Below are positions 1-9,400 of a stretch of 32,000 nt of DNA, in pieces. The position numbers and the translations under genes are program-made. The notes below the pieces were generated by a model, which saw nothing but the letters and a program-made list of their open reading frames with translations, made no database searches and was not told where the DNA came from. Origin of the DNA: Wolbachia endosymbiont of Onchocerca ochengi (GTDB lineage: Bacteria; Pseudomonadota; Alphaproteobacteria; Rickettsiales; Anaplasmataceae). Position 1 is the first letter of the stretch; the number at the start of each line of letters is the position of its first letter. The stretch lies in NCBI RefSeq assembly GCF_000306885.1, contig NC_018267.1:240001-272000 (forward strand), written 5' to 3'.

Positions 1-210
1 TATAAGCCAAAATGTGTTCATATAGCCTTTAAGACATCATAGAATCCAATCTGCAAGATTAGAGGATACTATCTATCACAAAGTTACTTTTACCTTTTTT
101 ATTTGGTAAATTTCTTGCATATTAAAGCAATTTATGCATAAACACTTATTTTTACAATCAATGGTGTTATTCCAATGTGTGATACCTGAACCTATATTTT
201 TCTCCTTTTA

Positions 211-235
211 AATCCCAGTGCTTGACACTGGGATT
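211..235. repeat. Short perfect palindrome (10-bp arms, 5-nt spacer), Wolbachia-type palindromic repeat core
   Basis: Reads aatcccagtg-cttga-cactgggatt, and the arms are exact reverse complements. A degenerate second copy of the same core lies in pdhC at 7498-7524. The core resembles the repeat that yields 'SSQCLTLGS'-type peptides in Wolbachia annotations (from memory). Confidence 0.6.
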
Positions 236-639
236 ACAGATGATCATAGTAATCCATTACAATCTAAAGAAAAAAAGAATAAAAAAGTATAGCTCTTTCA
301 TTGAGTAAAACCTCATACAAACAAAAACAATAGTAAAAGTACATTACCTGAAAAATAACTGAATAATAAAAATCTTTACATTATTCTTGCAGAAGTCGTA
401 TTCTTTCAGTAAGAATAGCACATTGTTACAAGAGAAATAACATTGGGGTTGATAAAAGCAGGGTTATTTGTTTTATGACTGCAGTGTTTGCTATAACAGC
501 ATCCGGATTGCATTTAAGCTTTCTATCAAACAAGTTAATATCTATTAATGTGAATCATCATGTTAATATCAACACATCAATAAATAATGATAAAAACCAA
601 ATATATATTACACTTGCAGTAAACAAGTAAATACAGTTC

Positions 640-668
640 TTGCTCGTTGATGTGGAAGTTGCTATAAT
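640..668 (+). promoter_or_regulatory. Putative sigma70 promoter for the virB2-like/virB4 unit
   Basis: TTGCTC, then a 17-nt spacer, then TGcTATAAT (extended -10). It ends ~29 nt upstream of the ATG at 697. Motif match only. Confidence 0.35.
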
Positions 669-696
669 TAAAAGATATTTAAGAAATATTTAGCTG

Positions 697-1074
697 ATGC
701 ATATTCAATTGAACAGAGTTTTAGTTTTCATAGCCTTGCTGAGCTTCAGTTTCGCATCATACTCTAGCAAAGCAAGTTTAGCAAGTACTGAATTAAAGGA
801 TATACAAGAAATAATAAAAAACTTTATTTTTTCATTCTCAGTTAAAGATATTATAGAGAATATGAGTCCTTCAACAATTATAGGGTTATGTATAATTGCA
901 GTGATATTTGCAATAGTGTTCAGGGGCTTAATCTTTTTCATAATAATGTTTGTTGGCATGTTGGTTATGATGCTTGGTAGCATAGAAAAAGCAACGGATT
1001 ACCTGAAAGAGAAATTTAACTTCTCAAAAAGTACAAGCTTACAATCCGATAGCAAAAAAGACAAAGATTATTAA
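697..1074 (+). CDS. Small secreted/membrane protein, possible VirB2-like T4SS pilin subunit
   Basis: 125-aa ORF with an N-terminal signal-like segment (MHIQLNRVLVFIALLSFSFASYSSKA). Two adjacent hydrophobic helices are separated by 'RG' (STIIGLCIIAVIFAIVF-RG-LIFFIIMFVGMLVMMLG). It lies directly upstream of virB4. It lacks the VirB3 motif. The topology fits the VirB2/TrbC architecture, but I see no direct sequence identity. Confidence 0.4.
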   Translation: MHIQLNRVLVFIALLSFSFASYSSKASLASTELKDIQEIIKNFIFSFSVKDIIENMSPSTIIGLCIIAVIFAIVFRGLIFFIIMFVGMLVMMLGSIEKATDYLKEKFNFSKSTSLQSDSKKDKDY

Positions 1075-1129
1075 GTATCACTTGCAGCATTTTAGTTACC
1101 TTTTATTTATTAAATGTACACGATGTTAT

Positions 1130-3487
1130 ATGCAACCAAAAATACTAACAATTAATCCTAAGCTTGGTGGAAAAAATAAATTAAATTTAGCATTATTAAA
1201 AAGTATTGATTTAGATTTTATCCCCTACTCCTGCCATTATAATGAAGAAACCATATTAACAAAACAGGGAGAATTATTAAAAATAATCAAGTTAGAAGAC
1301 TATTTCTCTGCTGAGAACTATAGTGACCTTAGAACTGAAATTAGAAAAAGTATATCAAAAAATATCAATAGCCTATATTTTACCGTTTGGGTTCATACTG
1401 TTAGAAAGCGTAACAAATTCCGCTTAAAATGGAATAAAACTGGAGACTTTTCTGATAAATTACATTCAACTTGGTTTAATAAACTCACTGACAGCAAATT
1501 ACATTATATAAATGAGCTATATATTGTACTAGTGTTTAGCAATTTCGGTAAGTATATTAATAGTTCGTTTTTTCTCAGTAGAATAAAGAATGAGCATAAG
1601 CTGTCATTAAGAGAAAATCATCACGAATTAAGGAAGGTAACTGATTTAATTCAAAGTGATTTAAAACCTTTCGGGGCCAAGAAGCTTGGTCTTAGGTTTA
1701 GTGAGGGTAGAGTATATTCTGAAATGACAGAATTTCTCCATTACATCGTTACGTTAACACACAAAGATTATCCAATACGTGAAATAGATCTGTCGCAACA
1801 CATTAAAGATTTAAAGGTAGCTTTTGGCTTTAATACATTTCAAACAACATTTGAAAATCAACAAAAGTTTGGCTCTATCTTTTGCATAAAAGAATATCGG
1901 GAAATTCCATTAGAGAATATAGACAGGTGTTTACAGCTTGACTCTGAGTTTATTATTACAGAAATAATAATATTTACTAGTAACAATAAAGCAGTTAAAG
2001 AATTTAAAAATCAAATTGATATGCTGCAAATCAGTGAGGACAATACTCTACTTCAAAATTCAGGAATAAAGGAAATAATAGAACTTGGACAAACTTCTGC
2101 TATTAACTTTTGTCAACAAAAAATTATTTTTGCAATCTTTGCAGATAATAGAAATAGATTAATTGAAAATATTAGCAGCCTATCCTCCGTAATGTCGTCA
2201 ATTGGTTTGATGATGTTTAGAACTGATTTACATATGGAAAATCATTTTTGGGCACAACTTCCGTGCAATTTTACTTTTATTACGCAACCAAAAAGTATAC
2301 TAGCAAAATACGCTTGCAGCTTTGCTATGCTACATGACTTTACATCAGGTACATTAAAAGGAGGAAGATGGAAAGAAGCAGTGACGATCTTTTTTTCAAA
2401 AAAAGGAAGCCCTTATTTTTTTAATTTTCATGGGAAGAAAAACAATGGTCACACTACAATACTTGGAGCTCCAAATTCTGGCAGAACTTCATTAATTAAT
2501 TTCTTACTATCTGAGTCAAGAAAATTTAATCCTAAAATTATTATACTGGATAACACTGGAAAATCAATAATCTTTACTAAAGCAGTGAGTGGTAAATATT
2601 ACATAATTGACCCAAAATATAAAGATAAAAGCCTAAAATTTAACCCATTAAATATTGAAAATAGCGCTTCCAATCGCAATATGCTGATTAAGTTAATCAA
2701 AAAGATGATAGATGATACAAGCTTAGTAAACATAGAAGAAAAGATAAAAAAAATTGTAGATTCTATATTTACTGTACCAAGAGAATTGCGTTCTATTTCT
2801 AAAATTTCTGAGATGCTTTTACCCCTCGGGGGTAAAATAAGTAAATGGTGTGGTGATGGTGAGTTTGCTTACTTACTTCAAGGTGGTGAATCCGATATCG
2901 ATTGGAAAACAAAAACTATATCTCTCAATACTGCAAACCTCACAAAACGAAAGGAATGTATGTCCGTGATACTTTACTATTTTTTATACTCTTTCGAAGC
3001 AAAATGTGATGGCTCACCTGTAATACTTGTTTTAGATGAAGCATGGGAAATAAGCAATATTTTTTCCACAGAGAAAGAGTTTGATAACTGGATGCAAAGA
3101 ATGACAAAATTAAATGTCGTGGTAATTTCAAGTACTGAAAACCTAAATTTAGCATTTACTAGCAAATTTACTCAATACTTAGATAAGCATGTCGATACAA
3201 GAATTTTGATGCCAAATATCAATGCAAATAGATTATACATGAAAGCATTTTCTTTATCGAAAGAGGAACTGAATACAATTTTGCAAACTCCAACACAGGA
3301 AGGTTTATTCTTAATAAAGCAACATAAAGGGTTAATAACTTTAAATTTAAACTTGAAGAATATACAAGAAATGTACGTCCTCTCAGCTAATAAAAAGACT
3401 ATAAAGTATATGTATGAAGCGATAAAGGAAAAAGGCGACAAAGTTAATAAATGGTTACCGGTGTTTTATGAAAAGTGTAAGATTTAA
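1130..3487 (+). CDS. virB4: Type IV secretion ATPase VirB4 family, divergent orphan paralog (RvhB4-II-like)
   Basis: ~785 aa from the ATG at 1130 (the ORF track starts at an upstream TTG, 1082). P-loop region is TTILGAPNSGRTSLINFLL. Walker B is PVILVLDEAWE. Length and layout are typical of VirB4/TrbE. It is not flanked by virB3 or virB6 genes. Confidence 0.88.
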   Translation: MQPKILTINPKLGGKNKLNLALLKSIDLDFIPYSCHYNEETILTKQGELLKIIKLEDYFSAENYSDLRTEIRKSISKNINSLYFTVWVHTVRKRNKFRLKWNKTGDFSDKLHSTWFNKLTDSKLHYINELYIVLVFSNFGKYINSSFFLSRIKNEHKLSLRENHHELRKVTDLIQSDLKPFGAKKLGLRFSEGRVYSEMTEFLHYIVTLTHKDYPIREIDLSQHIKDLKVAFGFNTFQTTFENQQKFGSIFCIKEYREIPLENIDRCLQLDSEFIITEIIIFTSNNKAVKEFKNQIDMLQISEDNTLLQNSGIKEIIELGQTSAINFCQQKIIFAIFADNRNRLIENISSLSSVMSSIGLMMFRTDLHMENHFWAQLPCNFTFITQPKSILAKYACSFAMLHDFTSGTLKGGRWKEAVTIFFSKKGSPYFFNFHGKKNNGHTTILGAPNSGRTSLINFLLSESRKFNPKIIILDNTGKSIIFTKAVSGKYYIIDPKYKDKSLKFNPLNIENSASNRNMLIKLIKKMIDDTSLVNIEEKIKKIVDSIFTVPRELRSISKISEMLLPLGGKISKWCGDGEFAYLLQGGESDIDWKTKTISLNTANLTKRKECMSVILYYFLYSFEAKCDGSPVILVLDEAWEISNIFSTEKEFDNWMQRMTKLNVVVISSTENLNLAFTSKFTQYLDKHVDTRILMPNINANRLYMKAFSLSKEELNTILQTPTQEGLFLIKQHKGLITLNLNLKNIQEMYVLSANKKTIKYMYEAIKEKGDKVNKWLPVFYEKCKI

Positions 3488-6305
3488 TTTTTCATTCATG
3501 CTTCTCTGATATTTAGTCTTTCGTATCAAGGGTATGCTGATTGTCCACCTTTTGTAAAGAGCAATACTTGGTTTGAAGGAATGCTTGCTAGTAATTAGGT
3601 AAAAGAAATTAAGATAATAGCAATAAAAGATCAAGGAGTAAATGGCTACTTTAATCCTAAAATTAGAGTATGTGCTTATAACGGAAAAAGTTACTGTTAT
3701 GACTTACAAAGCGGAGAATCCTACTGCAAATATATGGAACACAAAGTATAGGAGCCAGAGTGTCAGCAGCAGCTTTTATCGATTGGGAAGGAGATAAGAC
3801 ATCCGTTAGAACAAAAATTGGGAAAGGCCTTGAATGGGAATGGCAGATGGTGTGATTGACAGTAACATATCTGATGAAGAAAAAGAGAGACTTGCCAAAC
3901 TTCCCAAATATGTGCTTGTAGTCAAAAAGGTGCTCGTAAATCTGGATTTACGAAATTTTGGGATTTTAGCATTATAGATTATAGTAACCTTTGTGACACT
4001 TGTTATCAAACAAAAGTGAGATGTACTCCCGTGCCACTTGCTCCTAGTCCGCCTCTATTTTGCAAACAACTTACGATCCCACCTCCTAAGGTGAAAATTG
4101 TTCCTATAACGAATGAAAATAATGATTACTTTGAACCTAAGGTTAAGGTAATAGTCAGTGATCTAACAATAGAAGATGGAAAAATTGAAAAAGAGTTAGA
4201 TTTTTCTAGAAAGTACAAAAAAGATAATAATGATAAGCTTCCTACTACAGATGAAATTAAGAAACATTTTATTTTAAATAAAGATTAAAGATAGCACTAC
4301 ATACTACTTTATAACATATAGAAAAAAGGTAAGCTCTGCGCTGAATACTATGGAACTCAAGGCATAAATGAAAAAAATCCGCAGTTCGTCCATTGTTTTC
4401 CAGCACCACCAGCCCCGGAACCTGAGGTAGTAGAGATAGTACAAAGTAACATGCAAGGAAAACAGAGTAATACGTTAAAGATAAGAATGAAGATGAACAG
4501 AAAAAATTGCATAAGTCAAGTAAATAAAAAATATAAAAATGGTTCCTGTACTTTCGATGTTAATACTAATTCTACTACAAACATTAGCCCTCTGTCTTTA
4601 ACAGTAATAAAGACAGCAATAGTAGCGAAAACAACTAATAATAAAAGTAATGTTGACAATATTATAAAAGGTATATTAGAAAATAATATGCAACAATTTA
4701 AAGTTCTGAAAGAATATGGTTATGTTCCTGATACTAAAGAAGAATGTGAAGAGTTTAATACAGAAGGTAAGTGCAAATTAGATAACTTAGGGCATCCAAA
4801 AGTAAAAGTAAAGTACAAAAAAATACCAAAAGCAAAATACTCTGTCTTTCTGGCTAGAAGCCAGAACCAGAGGAATATGCACTTCAAAGAGAAAGTGAGA
4901 TAATACCATTAAAGCTAATGGAGACAAAATATATTAAATACGATGCTGTTTATTCAAAAAAATCAAATCAGTTCTATTATCTTCCAAGCAAAGAAAAAGA
5001 AACAGTCAACCTTCTACAAAAACCTCAAGAAGAGTTGGATAGAATATATATTTAACAGGCAAGGGTATATTTTCTTTCTTGATAAAAATAAGCAAAAGAA
5101 GGTAGAATGCAGCTACTATATAAATCAAAATAATAAGATAGATGAAGCATTTGCATCTGGTAAAAGGCTGAAAGTAGTATACAAACTAATAGATGGAAAG
5201 CATGAAGAAAAAATTGTAACCAGGATAATTATGGCTGCATCTGCGTTAATGGAACATGTACTCGTTCAACACAATACTTGAATAAAAAGGATAATAATCC
5301 ATTTTACTTGAAGTATGAGGAAGTGGAATGCAAAGACAAGAGCACCAAGAAACATAGAAGTGTATGCAATTAAAAGACCAGCCAATCAAAGCAGACACGA
5401 CAGAGGTTTTTTATGCTAATAAATTATGTAGGTTTGACTTGGAAGGTTCAAAAAAGAGATTGGAAGAAATAACTAAGAAACAACTGAAGCAAGAACTTGA
5501 GAAAAAGAGTGAAAAAATTCTATGATTCGAAAAATAAAGATATTTATACAGATGATTTATCAATAATGTTTGATTCTATTGAAATAGAAGCATGGGGAAA
5601 GTGGTGAAGCAGGTCATATAGCAGACACATCTGTTAACTGTAAATCTCATGTATGTTCTACTAAGAGAAGATCAGGAATGCCAGGAGATTATATTAAGAC
5701 TAAACTAAGAATTGATCCTGATTATCCTCTAATTAAAATTAGAGCTATAGAGGAAAGAAGTAATAACGAAAACCACATTTCAAGTAAAAACGGGAAATCC
5801 ACTTTTATAAAAATGTGTAGTTTAGATAAGCAAGATCGTGAGAAATCAATCACCGTTGCGGGCGAAAGTAAACATAAAAGATATGTCCTGAAAATACAAG
5901 CTACAAAAAAACAGTAATTTATAGAAAAATTTAAGACTAGAAGAAAAGATAACAACAGCAAATACATTGAAATCTATACAAGATAATCAAATTGCATATA
6001 TAGAAAATGGTGAAATCAAGTATAAAACGGTAAGTTGTACCAGTGATTTTAGAAGCAGTATACCTGGTGTAGGTGGCTGCATTGACAAAAGCAAAGGGGT
6101 TTATAGCAAAGGCTCTCCAGAGTATGTGAAGATTAAACCTATTATTGAGAAATTCAACAAAAAAGAAATAAGTGACTTCATTAAAAAAACAATAAAAAAT
6201 CTCTATAGTCTCGGAACTATAACTAATTCTTCGGTAGGGAGCCTTAATGTAAATATAAGAAAAAAAATCGAAGAAAAAGTCAGAAAAGAACTGCTAGGGT
6301 CATAA
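3468..6305 (+). pseudogene. Decayed gene for a large secreted, Lys/Cys-rich protein, originally overlapping the virB4 stop
   Basis: An ATG at 3468 overlaps the virB4 end and gives MKSVRFNFSFMLL. After a frameshift the reading continues ..IFSLSYQGYADCPPFVKSNTWFEG (signal-peptide-like). There are in-frame stops at ~3596, ~3749 and ~3857. A chain of same-strand ORF fragments in shifting frames follows (4016-4288, 4451-4903, 4943-5281, 5678-5917, 5967-6305). There is no credible opposite-strand coding. Confidence 0.55.
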
Positions 6306-6807
6306 CATAATAAGTCATAAATTTTAACTATCACTTAAAATGGCTAAAATTCAGGCTTTTTTCTCATTTTAGTAACTAATTAAAATAACTACGTATAAAT
6401 TTACTATTTAAGTTTAACTGCTGTACTTTATAAAAAGGTGTAACTAATGTAAATGAGAAAAGTATTTTATGTCGCTAAAAAACAAAACTTCTGAGTTAAT
6501 AGAGTTTAATGCTAAATACCATACTAAGTTACTTAGATTAGGTTATACATAAGCGTGCTGCAAGTTAAATATCTGATTTTAATTACCCTTTGCATAACTA
6601 ACAGTGCAGTTGCAAGATCCAAATATCAGACATTATAAACATATCAACTCAATAAAAGAGAAAGTCGATCAGATTGATATTACAGGCATAGAAAGTAAAA
6701 CAAAAAGTGAAGTTAAAAAAGAAAATAGCAAAATTTTTAGGTTAATTTTCAAAGCGAACTAATCGCTAAGAGAATGAAGTGATACTATACAAGAATTATA
6801 AGCTCAT

Positions 6808-7044
6808 TTACCGAAGAAATGGTGAATAGTTTCTGTGGAAAATACAACAGCACCACGGAGAAAAAAGATTACCCAGAGCATCAAAAAAATTAGTACACTT
6901 TTTTTCTACTCTGTTCAAAGAGATAGCTACAGAAAGCTTGAAAACTACTGTTAATTCAAACCTTTTACTAACTGAATCAACTTTCTCACATAATCCTCTC
7001 TGTACCCATGCTTTAGCATCACGGGAAAAAAATGGCAACATCAC
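6808..7044 (-). CDS. Hypothetical small protein (uncertain; may be a gene remnant)
   Basis: 78-aa ORF (MMLPFFSRDAKAWVQRGLCEKVDSV...). An AAAGG Shine-Dalgarno-like motif sits just upstream of the GTG-ATG start. I recognise no family motif. Confidence 0.25.
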   Translation of the reverse strand: MMLPFFSRDAKAWVQRGLCEKVDSVSKRFELTVVFKLSVAISLNRVEKKCTNFFDALGNLFSPWCCCIFHRNYSPFLR

Positions 7045-7161
7045 CTTTCACTGCACTTTTTTATTTCTGTTATAACAAACTCATTTATAATAATTCACGA
7101 TTAGATTGACACAAGATAAAGAGTAAATTAAAAATTGAATAGATCTTTAAATACAAAGTTA

Positions 7162-8412
7162 ATGCCCATAGAAATATTAATGCCTGTTCTCTCACCGACA
7201 ATGAGTAAAACAGGAGGAAAAATCGTAAAATGGTACAAAAAAGAACAAGACAAAGTAGAAGTAGGTGATATAATTGCTGAAATAGAGACCGACAAAGCTA
7301 TAATGGAGCTTGAATCTGTAGATAGAGGAGTTTTAGCAAAAATTTTAGTGTCAGAAGGAGTAAGCGGTGTACCTGTGAATCAACCGATAGCTATAATGCT
7401 GGAAGAGGAGGAAGATTGGAATGCACTTGATAACTACGTTTCAGCTTCTGTTACTAATATCAAACCTGAAAAGGAAATTGAAACTAATCTTCCAACATCA
7501 TCCCAGTGCTTAACACTAAGACCTAGAAAAGAAGAAGATACCAACAAGGTAGTAGTAGAAGATAGAATAAAAATAAGCCCATTAGCTAAAAAAATAGCTC
7601 AAAGTGAAGGTGTTGACATAACGCACCTAAAAGGTACAGGCCCGCATGGTCGTATCGTTAAAGCTGATGTATTAGAACTTTTAGATGATAGTACACAAAT
7701 TGAAAGCCGTAAAAAGTTAAGTGAAGACATTATAATCGAAGTAAGTAACATGCGCCGGACGATAGCAGAGCGCTTGGTTGAATCTAAGCAGAATATTCCA
7801 CATTTTTATTTAACTGTAGACTGCCAGGTTGACAACCTCATATCGCTCAAAAATAAGATCAACTCAGCAAACGAAAACAATAAAGTAACAATTAATGATT
7901 TAATTATTAAAGCTGCGGCTTTTAGCATAAAAAAATTTCCTGACATAAATTCCTCGTGGATAGATAACAAGATAGTAAGATATTCAAATATAGATATCTC
8001 AGTTGCTGTAGCACTTGAAGATGGCCTAATTACTCCTATAGTGAAAGATGCTGACAAAAAAGGTATTTTATCTATATCAAGAGAAGTGAAAACTTTAGTA
8101 AACAGAGCGAAATCCGGAAAATTAAGACCTGAAGAATTTCAAGGAAAAGGGGTCACTATCTCCAACTTAGGGATGTTTGGTATAAAAGCTTTCAGTGCTA
8201 TTATTAATCCGCCGCAGTCTTGCATTATGGCCGTTGGTGCATCCAAAAAGCAACCGATTATTATAAATGAAAAAGTAGAGATTGCAGAGATAATGATAGT
8301 AACACTTTCAGCTGACCATAGAACAGTTGATGGAACAATGGGAGCAAAATTTTTAAATACCTTTAAGCACTATATAGAGAATCCTCTAACAATACTTATT
8401 GAAGTTACATAA
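7162..8412 (+). CDS. pdhC: Pyruvate dehydrogenase complex E2, dihydrolipoamide acetyltransferase
   Basis: Starts MPIEILMPVLSPTM with the lipoyl-lysine motif EIETDKA. The E3-binding domain is ISPLAKKIAQSEGVDITHLKGTGPHGRIVKADV. The catalytic domain has SNLGMFGIKAFSAIINPPQ and DHRTVDG. I prefer the ATG at 7162 over the TTG at 7135. Confidence 0.9.
   Translation: MPIEILMPVLSPTMSKTGGKIVKWYKKEQDKVEVGDIIAEIETDKAIMELESVDRGVLAKILVSEGVSGVPVNQPIAIMLEEEEDWNALDNYVSASVTNIKPEKEIETNLPTSSQCLTLRPRKEEDTNKVVVEDRIKISPLAKKIAQSEGVDITHLKGTGPHGRIVKADVLELLDDSTQIESRKKLSEDIIIEVSNMRRTIAERLVESKQNIPHFYLTVDCQVDNLISLKNKINSANENNKVTINDLIIKAAAFSIKKFPDINSSWIDNKIVRYSNIDISVAVALEDGLITPIVKDADKKGILSISREVKTLVNRAKSGKLRPEEFQGKGVTISNLGMFGIKAFSAIINPPQSCIMAVGASKKQPIIINEKVEIAEIMIVTLSADHRTVDGTMGAKFLNTFKHYIENPLTILIEVT
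7498..7524 (+). repeat. Degenerate copy of the palindromic repeat core, in frame within the pdhC inter-domain linker
   Basis: tcatcccagtgcttaacactaagacct translates as SSQCLTLRP. About 19 of 24 positions match the intergenic copy at 211-235 (atcccagtgctt.acact..ga). Confidence 0.45.
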
Positions 8413-9400
8413 GTATTTAATTTACTTAACATTATTATTATTGAATTAATGCCCATAAATTTACAATCATATTAGTTAATGGTTTAGAGGTAAAAGTATA
8501 TTGATACAAAAACGCACTAACATATAATATACCCTTTATTACTACAAGATTAAAATTTAACCTCTTTAATCTTGGATTCTGCAACTCTTTTATGAATAGC
8601 ACTAAAGCTAAGTCCTTTTAGCACTAAGCCAGTTGTTTATGTTTATTGCAGATAATCTACCAAAACATGGTGTAAGATACTAGATACTAGAATATATGTT
8701 TCTCTTTTCAAACGCCTATATATCAACCAATCCTTCTATTACACATATTAATTTATTGTCACGTTTTGAATCGATACAAATAGACAAGGTGACCTTATAC
8801 TATCTAGATTTTCTGCAGACCTCACACTTTATTATAAGATGCACTAGCATCTTTAATCAAGGGTGCAAGTAGCAGCATAACACCTTTTCTCTGTTCTGAG
8901 ATATATAACTAACCTGCGTGATAATGATGGCCTCAAACTGGGCAATTCAGAAAAAGCATGAACTAAATTTTTTATATCAATGTTTATTCTACAAATTCAA
9001 AATAGACGACAAGATGGTAATATTAAATCCTCGATAAAAAAATAAGTTTTACTTAATTTTGTTTTGGCTAACTACAGGAAAATTACTTCCGCATACTCAT
9101 ACTCTCATTATACTGAGGGCAAAGATATTTAGAGAACTCAAAAAATCCACCTTCATCTGCAGGCTTTTCTATCAAACAACCAAAACTCAGTAAAAAAATA
9201 TAGCGTACCTTCAATATACACAGATAGATGTACACATATCCTACATTTTTTCTGAATTCTTATTTAGAAGAGAACTACCAAATCTAGCACCTAAAATCAG
9301 TTTATAACTCGCTCAAGCTTTTGATAAATTTAAGTGTTAGTAACCACATAAAAAACAGAATACATCTATATTCTTTGTACTTTAAACCTCTAATACTCAA

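Noticed and set aside
475-630. 51-codon ORF (MTAVFAITASGLHLSFLSNKLISINVNHHVNINTSINNDKNQIYITLAVNK) upstream of the virB2-like gene.
   Set aside because: It is short, with no clear RBS or promoter, no lipobox or TM hairpin, and no similarity to the adjacent protein. It may be a remnant, but the evidence is insufficient to call it.
705-983. Antisense ORFs nested inside confident genes. Examples: 705-983, 2940-3155, 2977-3165, 3172-3441, 7806-8057, 9654-9854, 10559-10825, 11536-11730, 12121-12303, 14483-14689 and 15057-15299. Also 15764-16294, 16272-16685, 17046-17345, 23453-23758, 24266-24469, 25249-25467, 25555-25758, 26216-26518, 28057-28296, 28917-29518, 29874-30455 and 30717-30908.
   Set aside because: Each lies opposite a CDS with strong family motifs. 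Their translations are low-complexity Ile/Phe/Leu/Ser-rich strings typical of the reverse strand of AT-rich genes, and I recognise no motifs in them.
1082-1129. Upstream alternative starts given by the ORF track. These are TTG 1082 for virB4, TTG 7135 for pdhC, GTG 15007 for iscU, 15383 for iscA and 15789 for hscB.
   Set aside because: In each case an internal ATG yields the canonical family N-terminus (MQPKIL.., MPIEILMP.., MSYNKKILDHYENP.., MDEYQE.., MFRNHFSLLEI..). The extensions also overlap the preceding gene or look non-protein-like.
8681-8700. Micro-tandem repeat agatact x2.3, and a general scan for CRISPR-like or long tandem repeats, IS elements, ankyrin-repeat or prophage genes.
   Set aside because: The repeat is a trivial 7-mer duplication. 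I saw no spaced direct-repeat array, transposase, integrase or phage structural ORF anywhere in the window.
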